Below are positions 9,207 to 18,264 of a stretch of 30,959 nucleotides of DNA, in pieces. Location of the stretch: positions 1 to 30,959 of the IMG/VR virus record IMGVR_UViG_3300017911_002547; one strand, written 5' to 3'. Source of the stretch: a virus (taxonomy: Duplodnaviria; Caudoviricetes). The notes beneath the pieces are model-generated. The model was not told the origin of the DNA. It saw only the letters and a list, made by a program, of their open reading frames with translations, and did no database searches. Made by a program: the position numbers and the translations under genes. Positions within the stretch are counted from its first letter, which is position 1, and the number at the start of each line of letters is the position of its first letter.

Positions 9207-10299
9207 AGAAATACAAACAACAGATCAAATCGCAAAGTTTCTGTCTGACAAAGACAACAAAAAGTATCACTACAATTTCTACGAAGGCGAAGATTACAAG
9301 ATTCCAAGTGGCAGTCTAAATTTAGATATTGCGCTTGGCGGCGGATTGCCAAGCGGCGCACATCGATTTACAGGTATCAACGAAGGCGGCAAAACAAGCT
9401 GCGCAATGGCATTCGCAAGAAACTTCCAAAAACATTTTGGCGACAAAGGAATGATCATTTACATCAAAAGCGAAGGTCGCTTCAGCCCAGAGATGATTGA
9501 ACGATCTGGAATAGATACTGATCCACAAAAATTCTTTTGCTTTGATTGTAATATCTTTGAAAAAGTATTTGAATTGATTCGCGAACTTGTATTCAATAAT
9601 GAAGAAGATAAAAGATATATGTTTATCATTGATAGTGTTGATGCATTGTGCAGAGTTGGAGACATTGACAAACCATTCGCAGAAAGTGAACAAGTTGCAG
9701 GTGGTGCATTGATTACATCTGTATTCTTAAAGAAGATGGTTTTGCCCATCACAAAAATGGGACACACAATGATTCTCACAAGTCAGGTTCGTGTTGAAGT
9801 TGCAACCAATCCATATGCTGCGCGAGGTGGACCAAAAGTAAAGCAAGCAGGAGGCAACGCAATCAAACACTACGCAAACTTTATTCTTGAATTTGAAGAG
9901 CGTTACAATTCAGATCTTATATTCAAAAATCCAACAGCAACCAAACTCGACGAAAAAGGTGAACCAATTGGGCATTACTGTAAAATAAGATTTCGCAAAA
10001 CAGTGAACGAAAAAACAGGATCAACTGTTCGCTACCCAATCAAGTATGGACAAAAAGATGGCAAGTCAGTTTGGCGCGCTCGTGAAATACTAGACATGCT
10101 GTATCTTTTTAATTTGATCGACAAGAAAGGTGCATGGATATCTGTGTCCGAAGATTTAATCAAGGAACTCTCTGATAAAAAGTTTGAGATCAATGAAAAG
10201 TTTCAAGGTGAACAGCGACTGATTGACTTTCTCGAAGAGAATGAAAAGCTTGCAGACTTTTTATACGAAGACTTTAAGAAACTAACAAATGCGCTTTAA
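9193..10299 (+). CDS. recA: RecA/UvsX-like recombinase
   Basis: IPSGSLNLDIALGGGLP, Walker A GINEGGKTS, Walker B FIIDSV, SQVR, GGNAIKHYA. Confidence 0.92.
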   Translation: MSKTKEIQTTDQIAKFLSDKDNKKYHYNFYEGEDYKIPSGSLNLDIALGGGLPSGAHRFTGINEGGKTSCAMAFARNFQKHFGDKGMIIYIKSEGRFSPEMIERSGIDTDPQKFFCFDCNIFEKVFELIRELVFNNEEDKRYMFIIDSVDALCRVGDIDKPFAESEQVAGGALITSVFLKKMVLPITKMGHTMILTSQVRVEVATNPYAARGGPKVKQAGGNAIKHYANFILEFEERYNSDLIFKNPTATKLDEKGEPIGHYCKIRFRKTVNEKTGSTVRYPIKYGQKDGKSVWRAREILDMLYLFNLIDKKGAWISVSEDLIKELSDKKFEINEKFQGEQRLIDFLEENEKLADFLYEDFKKLTNAL

Positions 10300-10699
10300 A
10301 ACATTAACAGGCGCAACTCGCACTGTTAAAAAAGCAAAAAACTATCTAATTGATTGGGATGGTTCGAGCCGCAGCAAAATACAATACAACGCAAAACAAT
10401 TCTTAAAAAAGTATTGGAGCAATCATATTGTGTTTGAAGAATTTCCTGTTGCAGGAACCAAACTATCACTCGACTTTTACAACGCAAATAAAAAAATAGC
10501 CGTTGAAGTACAAGGCAAACAACACACAAAATATGTTCCCTTCTTTCATGGCAAAAATAAAATCAATTATATAAATCAACTCAAGCGCGATCAAGACAAA
10601 TTAAAGTTTTGTGAATTGAATGATATACAACTTGTTGAAATATATGATGGAGACGAAATAACTGAAAAACTTTTCGAAACTTTTGGTGTTATTTTATAG
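10289..10699 (+). CDS. PD-(D/E)XK endonuclease (DUF559/Vsr-like)
   Basis: EEFPV....LDFY....IAVEVQGKQH and RDQDKLKFCELNDIQLVEI. Confidence 0.75.
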   Translation: MRFKTLTGATRTVKKAKNYLIDWDGSSRSKIQYNAKQFLKKYWSNHIVFEEFPVAGTKLSLDFYNANKKIAVEVQGKQHTKYVPFFHGKNKINYINQLKRDQDKLKFCELNDIQLVEIYDGDEITEKLFETFGVIL

Positions 10700-10702
10700 T
10701 TC

Positions 10703-10716
10703 GTGTAATATATAAT
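10703..10716 (+). promoter_or_regulatory. GTGTA-type putative late promoter
   Basis: GTGTA ATATATAAT ATG (9-nt spacing). Confidence 0.55.
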
Positions 10717-10998
10717 ATGAACGACGATTTTATTGACCCAGAAAATTTGGGAAGTTTCAATTTGCCAGAAAATGTTATCAACCAACTGTTTGAATTTACA
10801 GGTTCAACAAACGGAGACAGCGGATTTATTCTTTCTTTTGTTAATCAGCAAGGACTACCTTCTGTAATTACTAAAGCCACATCTCCTATTGTAGAGATGG
10901 GATTACGCAAAGCTCTTGAGCAGTATCTCGAGCAAGTATCCGCGCAAGAAATCGAGCTCAACTTTCCAAAAGATTTTGGCGACGAAGAAACCCCTTGA
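10717..10998 (+). CDS. Small acidic hypothetical protein
   Basis: 93-aa ORF filling the gap between the nuclease and dnaB. Confidence 0.7.
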   Translation: MNDDFIDPENLGSFNLPENVINQLFEFTGSTNGDSGFILSFVNQQGLPSVITKATSPIVEMGLRKALEQYLEQVSAQEIELNFPKDFGDEETP

Positions 10999-11023
10999 CT
11001 TTTAGCAGGGTTTCTGATAAGAT
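10995..11023 (+). promoter_or_regulatory. sigma70-type promoter with extended -10, probably leaderless
   Basis: TTGACT-17 nt-TAAGAT with TG at the extended -10 position; 6 nt to ATG 11030. Confidence 0.7.
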
Positions 11024-11029
11024 GTAAGA

Positions 11030-12544
11030 ATGGTTTATTCTTACGAACTCGAACAACATTTAATTGCAGGACTAATAAAATATCCAGAGAGTTATCCTCT
11101 GGTCGCTGCATTCATAGATCAAAATGATTTTTTTGATAAAAACACAATTGTTAATAGAACAATCTTTTGTGTTTTACGACAAGCTCTTGAAGCTGGTGAC
11201 GCACTAGATGAAGTGTTGCTTGCTCAACGAGTGCAATCACTCAACATATCATTTGAAGATAATATCAATATCGCCGATTACATCAAAGCATTATCTATGC
11301 GTCAGATCTCAAAAGATGGCGTATTAAAAGCAGCGCAAGAATTAAAGAAGATAACTGTTCGCCGCGAAATACATGATTCATCAATTGAGGTAGCAAAGAA
11401 TATGAAAACACTTTCATCAAGCGCAACATTTGATGATATTGTTAGCGAAGCAGATAAAATTTACAACGACAAAGTAAACCTCTATGAGATTGGATCCAAC
11501 AAGCCTGAGAATTTGTTTGATGAGATGGAAGAATTTATTGAAGAGCGCGGAAACAATCCAATTGATCAGTTCGGATTGATGGGCCCACACGAACGAGTAA
11601 ACGAATTGTATGGCTCGCTACTTCGTCCAGGAAACATAACAGTTGTTGTGGCTCGTGCAGGTGTTGGTAAAACACAATTTTGTATGGACTTTTGCACGAA
11701 AGTGTCATCAATAAATAATAATGTGCCAATACTTCACTTTGATAATGGTGAAATGAGTAAAGAAGAATTGATTGTGCGTCAATGTTCTGCCCTATCAGGA
11801 GTGCCAATGCATCTTCTTGAAACGGGTCGTTGGCGTCAAGCAGGAGAAGAAATTGTACAAAAAGTACGTGACACTTGGAATCGAGTAAAAGAATTTAAAT
11901 TTTACTATTATAATGTCGCAGGTCACAGTATCGATAGCATGTTGAATATCATTCGAAGATTTTATTATTCGGAAGTTGGCCGCGGAAATCCTATGATCTT
12001 TAGTTTCGACTATATCAAAACAACATACGAACGACAAAATGGTGCGAGCAGTTGGGAAACAGTTGGCCGAATGGTTGACAAGTTCAAGCAGTTGATTCAA
12101 AAAGAACTTTGTTTTAATGGCGCGCCGACCGTGGCAATGTTAACAAGTGTTCAAAGTAATAGGCTTGGTATCACCAACAACAGAAACTCAGAAAACGTTG
12201 TGGACGATGAAAGTATCGTTTCTCTTTCTGACCAAATCACACAATTTTGTTCTCACCTGTTTTTGCTTCGACAAAAAACAATGGACGAAATACAAGAAGA
12301 GCCTGAAGGTTTTGGAACTCACAAATTTATATGTTTGAAATATCGCTGGCTTGGTAGAGATGTGCATCGCGCACTTCAACCTGTGGAAATGCCTGATGGA
12401 GCAAAACGCAAAAATTACATCAACCTTCACATGGAAAACTTTAGCATACAAGAGCGCGGCGATCTTCAAGACATGGTTGAACACATGGACTCAGAAGGAG
12501 TTGGTATACTACAAGATATGCGCGACGACGTTCCAAATCTATAA
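11030..12544 (+). CDS. dnaB: Replicative DNA helicase, DnaB family
   Basis: DnaB N-terminal domain (LEQHLIAGLI...DFF), Walker A ARAGVGKT, DNGEM, FDYI, VQSNR, SDQITQ, KYR. Confidence 0.9.
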   Translation: MVYSYELEQHLIAGLIKYPESYPLVAAFIDQNDFFDKNTIVNRTIFCVLRQALEAGDALDEVLLAQRVQSLNISFEDNINIADYIKALSMRQISKDGVLKAAQELKKITVRREIHDSSIEVAKNMKTLSSSATFDDIVSEADKIYNDKVNLYEIGSNKPENLFDEMEEFIEERGNNPIDQFGLMGPHERVNELYGSLLRPGNITVVVARAGVGKTQFCMDFCTKVSSINNNVPILHFDNGEMSKEELIVRQCSALSGVPMHLLETGRWRQAGEEIVQKVRDTWNRVKEFKFYYYNVAGHSIDSMLNIIRRFYYSEVGRGNPMIFSFDYIKTTYERQNGASSWETVGRMVDKFKQLIQKELCFNGAPTVAMLTSVQSNRLGITNNRNSENVVDDESIVSLSDQITQFCSHLFLLRQKTMDEIQEEPEGFGTHKFICLKYRWLGRDVHRALQPVEMPDGAKRKNYINLHMENFSIQERGDLQDMVEHMDSEGVGILQDMRDDVPNL

Positions 12545-12546
12545 AC

Positions 12547-13581
12547 ATGACACCCGAGAAAATAAAAGATTCACTTGTTCGCCTTGGATACAAACTCGCA
12601 GATCGCGGGGCATATTGGCAAACCAATGCATTGTTTCGAAATGGTGACAACAAAACAGCCATACAAATATACAAGAACACAGGAGTATGGAAAGATCATG
12701 TTCAAAATAGTTCATTCTCTCCATTCAAACGATTGGTTGAAATTACGCTTGGAACAAACGACAAAAATCAAGTCAAAGAATTTATCGAAGAAGATGATCT
12801 TGGCTCAAATTACAACAAATTAACATTTTCAGAAAAATTAGAAATGGAAGAAATATACCCAGAAGATTGTTTGGATAGATTGCTGCCGCATTATAAATTT
12901 TATAATGACAAAGGAATATCAACAGAAACACTTAAAGCCTTGAAAGGCGGATATGCAACAACAGGAAAATTGAACAATCGATTCATCTTTCCTATCTACA
13001 ATGAGCATAATCAAATTCACGGCTTCTCTGGACGCGATATGAGCAGTTTGGATGGTCGACCCAAGTGGAAGCATGTAGGCAAAAAGAAAGGCTGGATTTA
13101 CCCACTCTACGCGAACGCACAGACAGTCGAAGCAATCAATGATACTCGCACAATCATTTTCGTGGAAAGCATAGGCGACCTGCTCAATTTAAATGAACAA
13201 GGTTTCAAAAATGTGCTTGTTACATTTGGACTTGATATATCAACCAAACTAATTTGCGCAACACTATCCTTGAATGTAGATAATCTTGTTATTGGATTGA
13301 ATAATGACAAAACATCTTCTCGCAATAGAGGATTAGAAGCAAGCATCAAAAACTATTTAAAATTATTAAACTATTATAATCCCGAAAAGATCAAAATATG
13401 CTTGCCCACGCAAAAAGATTTCGGCGACATGAATACTGATGACTTTAAACAATGGAAAAACAAACTAGAATCAATTGATGTCAAAAAACAACAAACCATG
13501 ATTCTAGGAAAGATAAATGAAATATACAAATCATTGCCAAAAACACTATTAAAAAATAAAAAAATAATAATCAATGAGTGA
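12547..13581 (+). CDS. dnaG: DnaG-like DNA primase (TOPRIM)
   Basis: RFIFPIYN...IHGFSGR, PKWKH, FVESIGD, TFG, LNND, KDFGDM; directly follows dnaB. Confidence 0.8.
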   Translation: MTPEKIKDSLVRLGYKLADRGAYWQTNALFRNGDNKTAIQIYKNTGVWKDHVQNSSFSPFKRLVEITLGTNDKNQVKEFIEEDDLGSNYNKLTFSEKLEMEEIYPEDCLDRLLPHYKFYNDKGISTETLKALKGGYATTGKLNNRFIFPIYNEHNQIHGFSGRDMSSLDGRPKWKHVGKKKGWIYPLYANAQTVEAINDTRTIIFVESIGDLLNLNEQGFKNVLVTFGLDISTKLICATLSLNVDNLVIGLNNDKTSSRNRGLEASIKNYLKLLNYYNPEKIKICLPTQKDFGDMNTDDFKQWKNKLESIDVKKQQTMILGKINEIYKSLPKTLLKNKKIIINE

Positions 13582-14650
13582 ATTAACAAAATTATCCGCG
13601 AGTAGAATAAAAACCGCGCAAACATGTAGTTGGACTTATTGGTGCAATTATAAATTAAAATTACCTGATGCAGGAAATGATGGATCAAGTCGAGGAACAA
13701 TATGCCACAACATATTCGAATTGCTTGGCGATCATCACCGCGATGAATTTGACAAGATAGTAAATGATGGCACAATTTGGAACACACAAGTTGTTGCCGC
13801 GCAAGTTAAAAAAGAAGCCGAAGAGCTTGCAGTAAATGATCCCGAGAATCTTGAATTGATTGACGAAATGATTGTCAACGGATTGAGATGCGATTTCTTT
13901 GGTGACGAAAATGAAAAGCCTGTGCTCGCCGAATCGGAACGCTTTTTTGATCTTGAAATTGATCGACCCGAACAAGGAATAAAATATGCAGTGCGCGGAT
14001 ACATCGACAAACTATTCGTATACAAAGACAATTCAGTAATCATACGCGATTTTAAAAGCAGTAAATCAGTATTTAAAGGAAAAGAAATAACTGATAATCT
14101 ACAAAATTTAATATATTGTCTTGCGATAAAACACCTGATGCCTGAAACACAACCACAAAGTGAGTTTTTGTTTTTGCGATTTGACCTAGAAACTGATCTT
14201 CTTGGAAACACAGGAAAAGGAAGACTCAAGATGGACAAAATCACAGACGAAGAGCTTGAAGGATTTGAACATCAGCTCACACAATTTCAAACATACCTCG
14301 ACAACTTTGATGAAGAAGCAGCGAAAAGCAATCTCGCGGCAACACAAGAATATCCGCGAGATGGTACATTTGGTGGGCCTCTTGCTTGTGGTAAAGATGG
14401 ATACAAAATGTCTCGAGGAGAACCAGTTTTGGATGATAATGGCGAACCAATTGTAGCATTCATTTGTCCGTTTCGCAAACCGCGAGAATATTGGGCGCTC
14501 AAAGACGCAGATGGCAACATCAAGAAAACAGCTTTTCCAGAAAACAAACATGAACTTGAGCTTGAAGATGGCGACGAAATTGTTAGTATGAAATATGACG
14601 GTTGTCCACATTGGCAAAACAAACAAGTTCTAGATGATTTCCTCGACTAA
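13574..14650 (+). CDS. PD-(D/E)XK exonuclease (RecB/AddB/Cas4-like)
   Basis: LSASRI....C, RGTICH, E...RGYIDKL......IRDFKS; one N-terminal plus three C-terminal Cys. Confidence 0.8.
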   Translation: MSELTKLSASRIKTAQTCSWTYWCNYKLKLPDAGNDGSSRGTICHNIFELLGDHHRDEFDKIVNDGTIWNTQVVAAQVKKEAEELAVNDPENLELIDEMIVNGLRCDFFGDENEKPVLAESERFFDLEIDRPEQGIKYAVRGYIDKLFVYKDNSVIIRDFKSSKSVFKGKEITDNLQNLIYCLAIKHLMPETQPQSEFLFLRFDLETDLLGNTGKGRLKMDKITDEELEGFEHQLTQFQTYLDNFDEEAAKSNLAATQEYPRDGTFGGPLACGKDGYKMSRGEPVLDDNGEPIVAFICPFRKPREYWALKDADGNIKKTAFPENKHELELEDGDEIVSMKYDGCPHWQNKQVLDDFLD

Positions 14651-15044
14651 AGAATATATCGCGGCAGGAATTGTTGCACAGTTTGGAGATCTTGTGTTGC
14701 TTGGTCGGCGCAGTAAAAATTGTTATAACCTCGCGGGTCATTGGTCGATGCCATGTGGCATGATTGATCCAGGAGAAGATCCTGAATACGCAGCAAAAAG
14801 AGAATTCTTTGAAGAGACTGGTGTTCGCGCAAACAAAGAAATAAAGTTTCTTGATGAATTTGAGGTGAAAGAAGGTAAATACTTCGCGCTATACTCAATG
14901 CAAATTGACGACCTAATCTTTCCAAGTAATGATGCTATTGACGCAATTGAACACGACGAATGGGGTTTTTTTAAAATATCAAAAAACTCACTTCCTTTGC
15001 CAATGACAAAAGAAACAAGAAATGCAATATTAAAGTTAAAATGA
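14634..15044 (+). CDS. Nudix hydrolase
   Basis: Canonical Nudix box GMIDPGEDPEYAAKREFFEETGV. Confidence 0.9.
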   Translation: MISSTKEYIAAGIVAQFGDLVLLGRRSKNCYNLAGHWSMPCGMIDPGEDPEYAAKREFFEETGVRANKEIKFLDEFEVKEGKYFALYSMQIDDLIFPSNDAIDAIEHDEWGFFKISKNSLPLPMTKETRNAILKLK

Positions 15045-15943
15045 ATATTAGTTTTATAATTATTACAAATGCCGGCAAGCCAGACAAACTACTTGCACAA
15101 ATTGAAAGTATACATGCTCAAAAAATACCAAACTATGAAATTATTGTTTCTGGAGATAAAAAAGACATACAATTACCAAACAAAAATCTAACTTTTATAG
15201 AAGCAATAGATGATGCAAAAAATGGCGGTCTTGGCGCAATGAGAAACAAAGCTTGTGCGATTGCTAAATATGATAATTTAGTTATATCAGATGATGATAT
15301 GTTTTTTCCTGAATCTTGGTTCAAAACATTATGTTCTTATCAACAAGAATTTGATATATTAACTCCCTTAGTTAGGCTTCCCGATGGAACTAGATTTTGG
15401 GATAAGTGCTCGTACCAAAGCCCAAAGCATGGACACTCTGTTTTAGAGGACGAAGAGGAAGATGATCATCTGTATATGTCTGGAGGTCAAAGTTGGATAA
15501 TGAAAAAGAAAGTCTGGGAATCTGTAAAGTGGGACGAATCACTTGCAATATATCTAATGAAAAACTTAAAAGATTACCGCGAGGGTAAGGATAATGAAGA
15601 CACAGACTTTGCTCGTCGATGCAGAGAATCTGGATTTAAAATATTACACATGTCATGCCTGGAAGTGCTTCATGATGACCCATCATATACAAGCGTGGGT
15701 AGGCTAGTTCGTCGCAGAATGCATGTCGATCAGAACTGGTGTAAAAATTTAAACTTACCACACAAGGTTAACCTAGAAATCTCAAAACTTTTATGGAACT
15801 ATGGTATTGAGGCAGAAGCGGTTGATTTGCTGCGCAAAGGCGCGTCCGAGGGGGATTTTGCGTCAGAACATACATTAAAACAAATGGAAGACTTAAGGGG
15901 CGGAAAACTTAAAAATACAAAGTTTTCTTTTAGCGATGAATAA
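15041..15943 (+). CDS. Glycosyltransferase family 2
   Basis: ISFIIIT, YEIIVS, GAMRN, ISDDD, EDTDFARR. Confidence 0.8.
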   Translation: MNISFIIITNAGKPDKLLAQIESIHAQKIPNYEIIVSGDKKDIQLPNKNLTFIEAIDDAKNGGLGAMRNKACAIAKYDNLVISDDDMFFPESWFKTLCSYQQEFDILTPLVRLPDGTRFWDKCSYQSPKHGHSVLEDEEEDDHLYMSGGQSWIMKKKVWESVKWDESLAIYLMKNLKDYREGKDNEDTDFARRCRESGFKILHMSCLEVLHDDPSYTSVGRLVRRRMHVDQNWCKNLNLPHKVNLEISKLLWNYGIEAEAVDLLRKGASEGDFASEHTLKQMEDLRGGKLKNTKFSFSDE

Positions 15944-16619
15944 TATAGGATTATTAATTATCGCAACCCATAAATACATTTTATTTTTAAATGATTTATT
16001 AATCAGCGCAGATCAATATTTTTTACCAAACCAAAACGTAGAATATTTTATATTTACAGATCACGAAACAATCAATATTCAATCAAAAAGAAAAATCAAT
16101 TTAATTAAAACAAATCACAAACCTTGGCCGTGGATGACTCTCGGAAGATATGAAATATTTTCTAGCAATCAGGAATGTTTTGAGGGTATTGATTGTCTTT
16201 TTTATTGTGACGCAGATATGAGGTTTTGCGATATCGTTGGAGATGAAATACTAAGTGATCGAGTTGCCACTCAGCACCCTGGATATTATGGAACTCGCGG
16301 CACCCCAGAAACCAACCCTGAATCTCTTGCGTGTGTTTTACCGTTTGAACAAATGGAATATTTTGCCGGTGGATTTAATGGCGGAACAAAAGAACAATAC
16401 CTCAAAATGGCACAAAAACTTGCAAATAATATACGGACTGATTATTATAATAATATCATCGCAGTATGGCATGACGAATCTCACATGAATAGATATTTTA
16501 TAGACAATCCACCCACAAAAATATTAGACCCAGGTTACTGCTATGGAGAAAGTTTAAAACCTCCATTTACGCCAAGACTAATAGCGCTCAATAAAAATCA
16601 TAAAGAAATTAGATCATGA
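15936..16619 (+). CDS. Glycosyltransferase family 6 (ABO / alpha-1,3-Gal(NAc) transferase family)
   Basis: IATHKY, YFIFTD, WPWMTLGRY, DxD motif CDADM, HPGYY, YFAGGFNGG, AVWHDESHMNRY, KILDPGYC; these match the human ABO and bacterial GT6 motif series. Confidence 0.9.
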   Translation: MNNIGLLIIATHKYILFLNDLLISADQYFLPNQNVEYFIFTDHETINIQSKRKINLIKTNHKPWPWMTLGRYEIFSSNQECFEGIDCLFYCDADMRFCDIVGDEILSDRVATQHPGYYGTRGTPETNPESLACVLPFEQMEYFAGGFNGGTKEQYLKMAQKLANNIRTDYYNNIIAVWHDESHMNRYFIDNPPTKILDPGYCYGESLKPPFTPRLIALNKNHKEIRS

Positions 16620-17275
16620 TCTCAATTCTTCTAGCAGTCCATAATGGCGAAAAGTATATAAGTCAAAGTATTGATTCAATCATCAATCAAACATTTGAAA
16701 ACTGGGAGCTTTTAATTGGCTTTAATGGCACAATTGACTCCTCCAAGGATATAGTTGACTCTTATAATGACGACAGAATTAAAACATTTGATTACGGCAA
16801 TGATAAAGGCAAGGCAAAAACCCTAAATAAATTAATAAAAGAGGCTCAATATGACTGGTGCGCAATTCAAGATGATGACGACATCTGGCTTTCCAAAAAA
16901 TTAGAAAAACAAATAAAACACACAAAAGATTGCGATGTAGTCGGAAGTTATATCCACTACATTAACGAAAATGGATCAATAACTGGCTCACCAAACCTAT
17001 CACAAAACCACGGCCAAATAAAAACAAAATCATTAATTGGTATTAATCAAATAGCAAATTCTAGCGCTATTTTTAAAAAAGACGCCGCCGCACAAATTAA
17101 TTTTTGGAGGGAAGATATTGACGGAGTAGAAGATTTTGATTTTTGGTTGAGGCTCTTAAGGGCAGGTTATTCTTTCTATAATATACCTGAATATATAACA
17201 CTGCACAGACTCCACGCTTCAAGTCATTTCAATTCCCAGGAATCCCAAAATCTTAAAATTAATGAAATTCTCTGA
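16616..17275 (+). CDS. Glycosyltransferase family 2
   Basis: ISILLAVHNGEKYI..SIDSIINQTFENWELLI, QDDDD, KLEKQ, EDFDFWLR. Confidence 0.88.
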   Translation: MISILLAVHNGEKYISQSIDSIINQTFENWELLIGFNGTIDSSKDIVDSYNDDRIKTFDYGNDKGKAKTLNKLIKEAQYDWCAIQDDDDIWLSKKLEKQIKHTKDCDVVGSYIHYINENGSITGSPNLSQNHGQIKTKSLIGINQIANSSAIFKKDAAAQINFWREDIDGVEDFDFWLRLLRAGYSFYNIPEYITLHRLHASSHFNSQESQNLKINEIL

Positions 17276-17633
17276 CATAGCGATCAAACATTTAATAAAT
17301 TTTGACTTCAATACTTGTGAATGTATTGCCTTTTTAAATCCCCACCACATATTCGATATAGAAAACTGCATACATTATAAATGTCTTGTGGATAATAATT
17401 TCAATGATTACGAAATGCTACTCAATACAACAAACCAGCCAGAGCATTCTCTACTCAGTTACAAAACTCTTATTCGTCAATTCGATCTTAAAAAAATGGA
17501 ACCTATAATATTTACATTTAATTCGATAGTCAAAAAATATTTAGTCGAAGATGGGTGCCATAGACTATCAATCTTAAAACATAAAAAAATATTCAACAAA
17601 ACAATCCCCGATCAATATATCATTATTAAATAA
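17262..17633 (+). CDS. ParB/sulfiredoxin-like N-terminal domain protein
   Basis: EPII...YLVEDGCHRLSIL (DGxHR motif). Confidence 0.55.
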   Translation: MKFSDIAIKHLINFDFNTCECIAFLNPHHIFDIENCIHYKCLVDNNFNDYEMLLNTTNQPEHSLLSYKTLIRQFDLKKMEPIIFTFNSIVKKYLVEDGCHRLSILKHKKIFNKTIPDQYIIIK

Positions 17634-17634
17634 A

Positions 17635-18264
17635 ATGAACAAAACAGAGCTTATAAAAAAAGAATTATCTAAAACCGTTGGTCACTCAAACTATAACGGA
17701 TGGAACAATAGAACTTCATACGGATATCATTCATATGATATTGGAGATATCCGCATAATCGGTCAACGCAACCCTATGCAAAGAATCAAAATTTTCAAAC
17801 AACACGTATCTTTTGAAAATAAAACTGTTGTTGACTTTGGTTGTAATGTTGGCGCGATGCTACACCATCTTCCAGAAATAAATTCTGGCGTTGGGTTTGA
17901 TTATGACGTAAAATGTATTGATGCCGGAAACAAAATCTCTAAACTTCTTGATCTAGACAGTAAAATCGACCTTTATTGTCATGACTTTGATCAGGATTCT
18001 TATCGGGAGTTATCAAAAAAAACTTCTCACTTTGACATTTGTTTTTTGCTATCTTTAGGGTCATGGATTAAAAGCTGGCGCAGTCTTTACGATTTAGCTT
18101 GTCAAATCTCTGCATTGATTATACTTGAGACAAATAACTCTACAGAAGGTGCCCCCCAGCTTCAATTCTTTAAAGACAAAGGTAAGAAAATTATTGAAAT
18201 TTCAAAAGAATCTCTTGACGACTTCACGGGCAATAGTGGACGCGAAGCATTTCTAATAAAATAA
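17635..18264 (+). CDS. Class I SAM-dependent methyltransferase
   Basis: KTVVDFGCNVG, GVGFDYD, FDICFLLS. Confidence 0.8.
   Translation: MNKTELIKKELSKTVGHSNYNGWNNRTSYGYHSYDIGDIRIIGQRNPMQRIKIFKQHVSFENKTVVDFGCNVGAMLHHLPEINSGVGFDYDVKCIDAGNKISKLLDLDSKIDLYCHDFDQDSYRELSKKTSHFDICFLLSLGSWIKSWRSLYDLACQISALIILETNNSTEGAPQLQFFKDKGKKIIEISKESLDDFTGNSGREAFLIK

Noticed and set aside
13574-14650. CRISPR-Cas system suggested by the Cas4-like nuclease
   Set aside because: No repeat-spacer array or other cas genes in the window.
14634-15044. GDP-mannose mannosyl hydrolase (gmm/wcaH) call for the Nudix gene
   Set aside because: It has an intact canonical REUXEE Nudix box, unlike the altered box of Gmm; substrate cannot be assigned.
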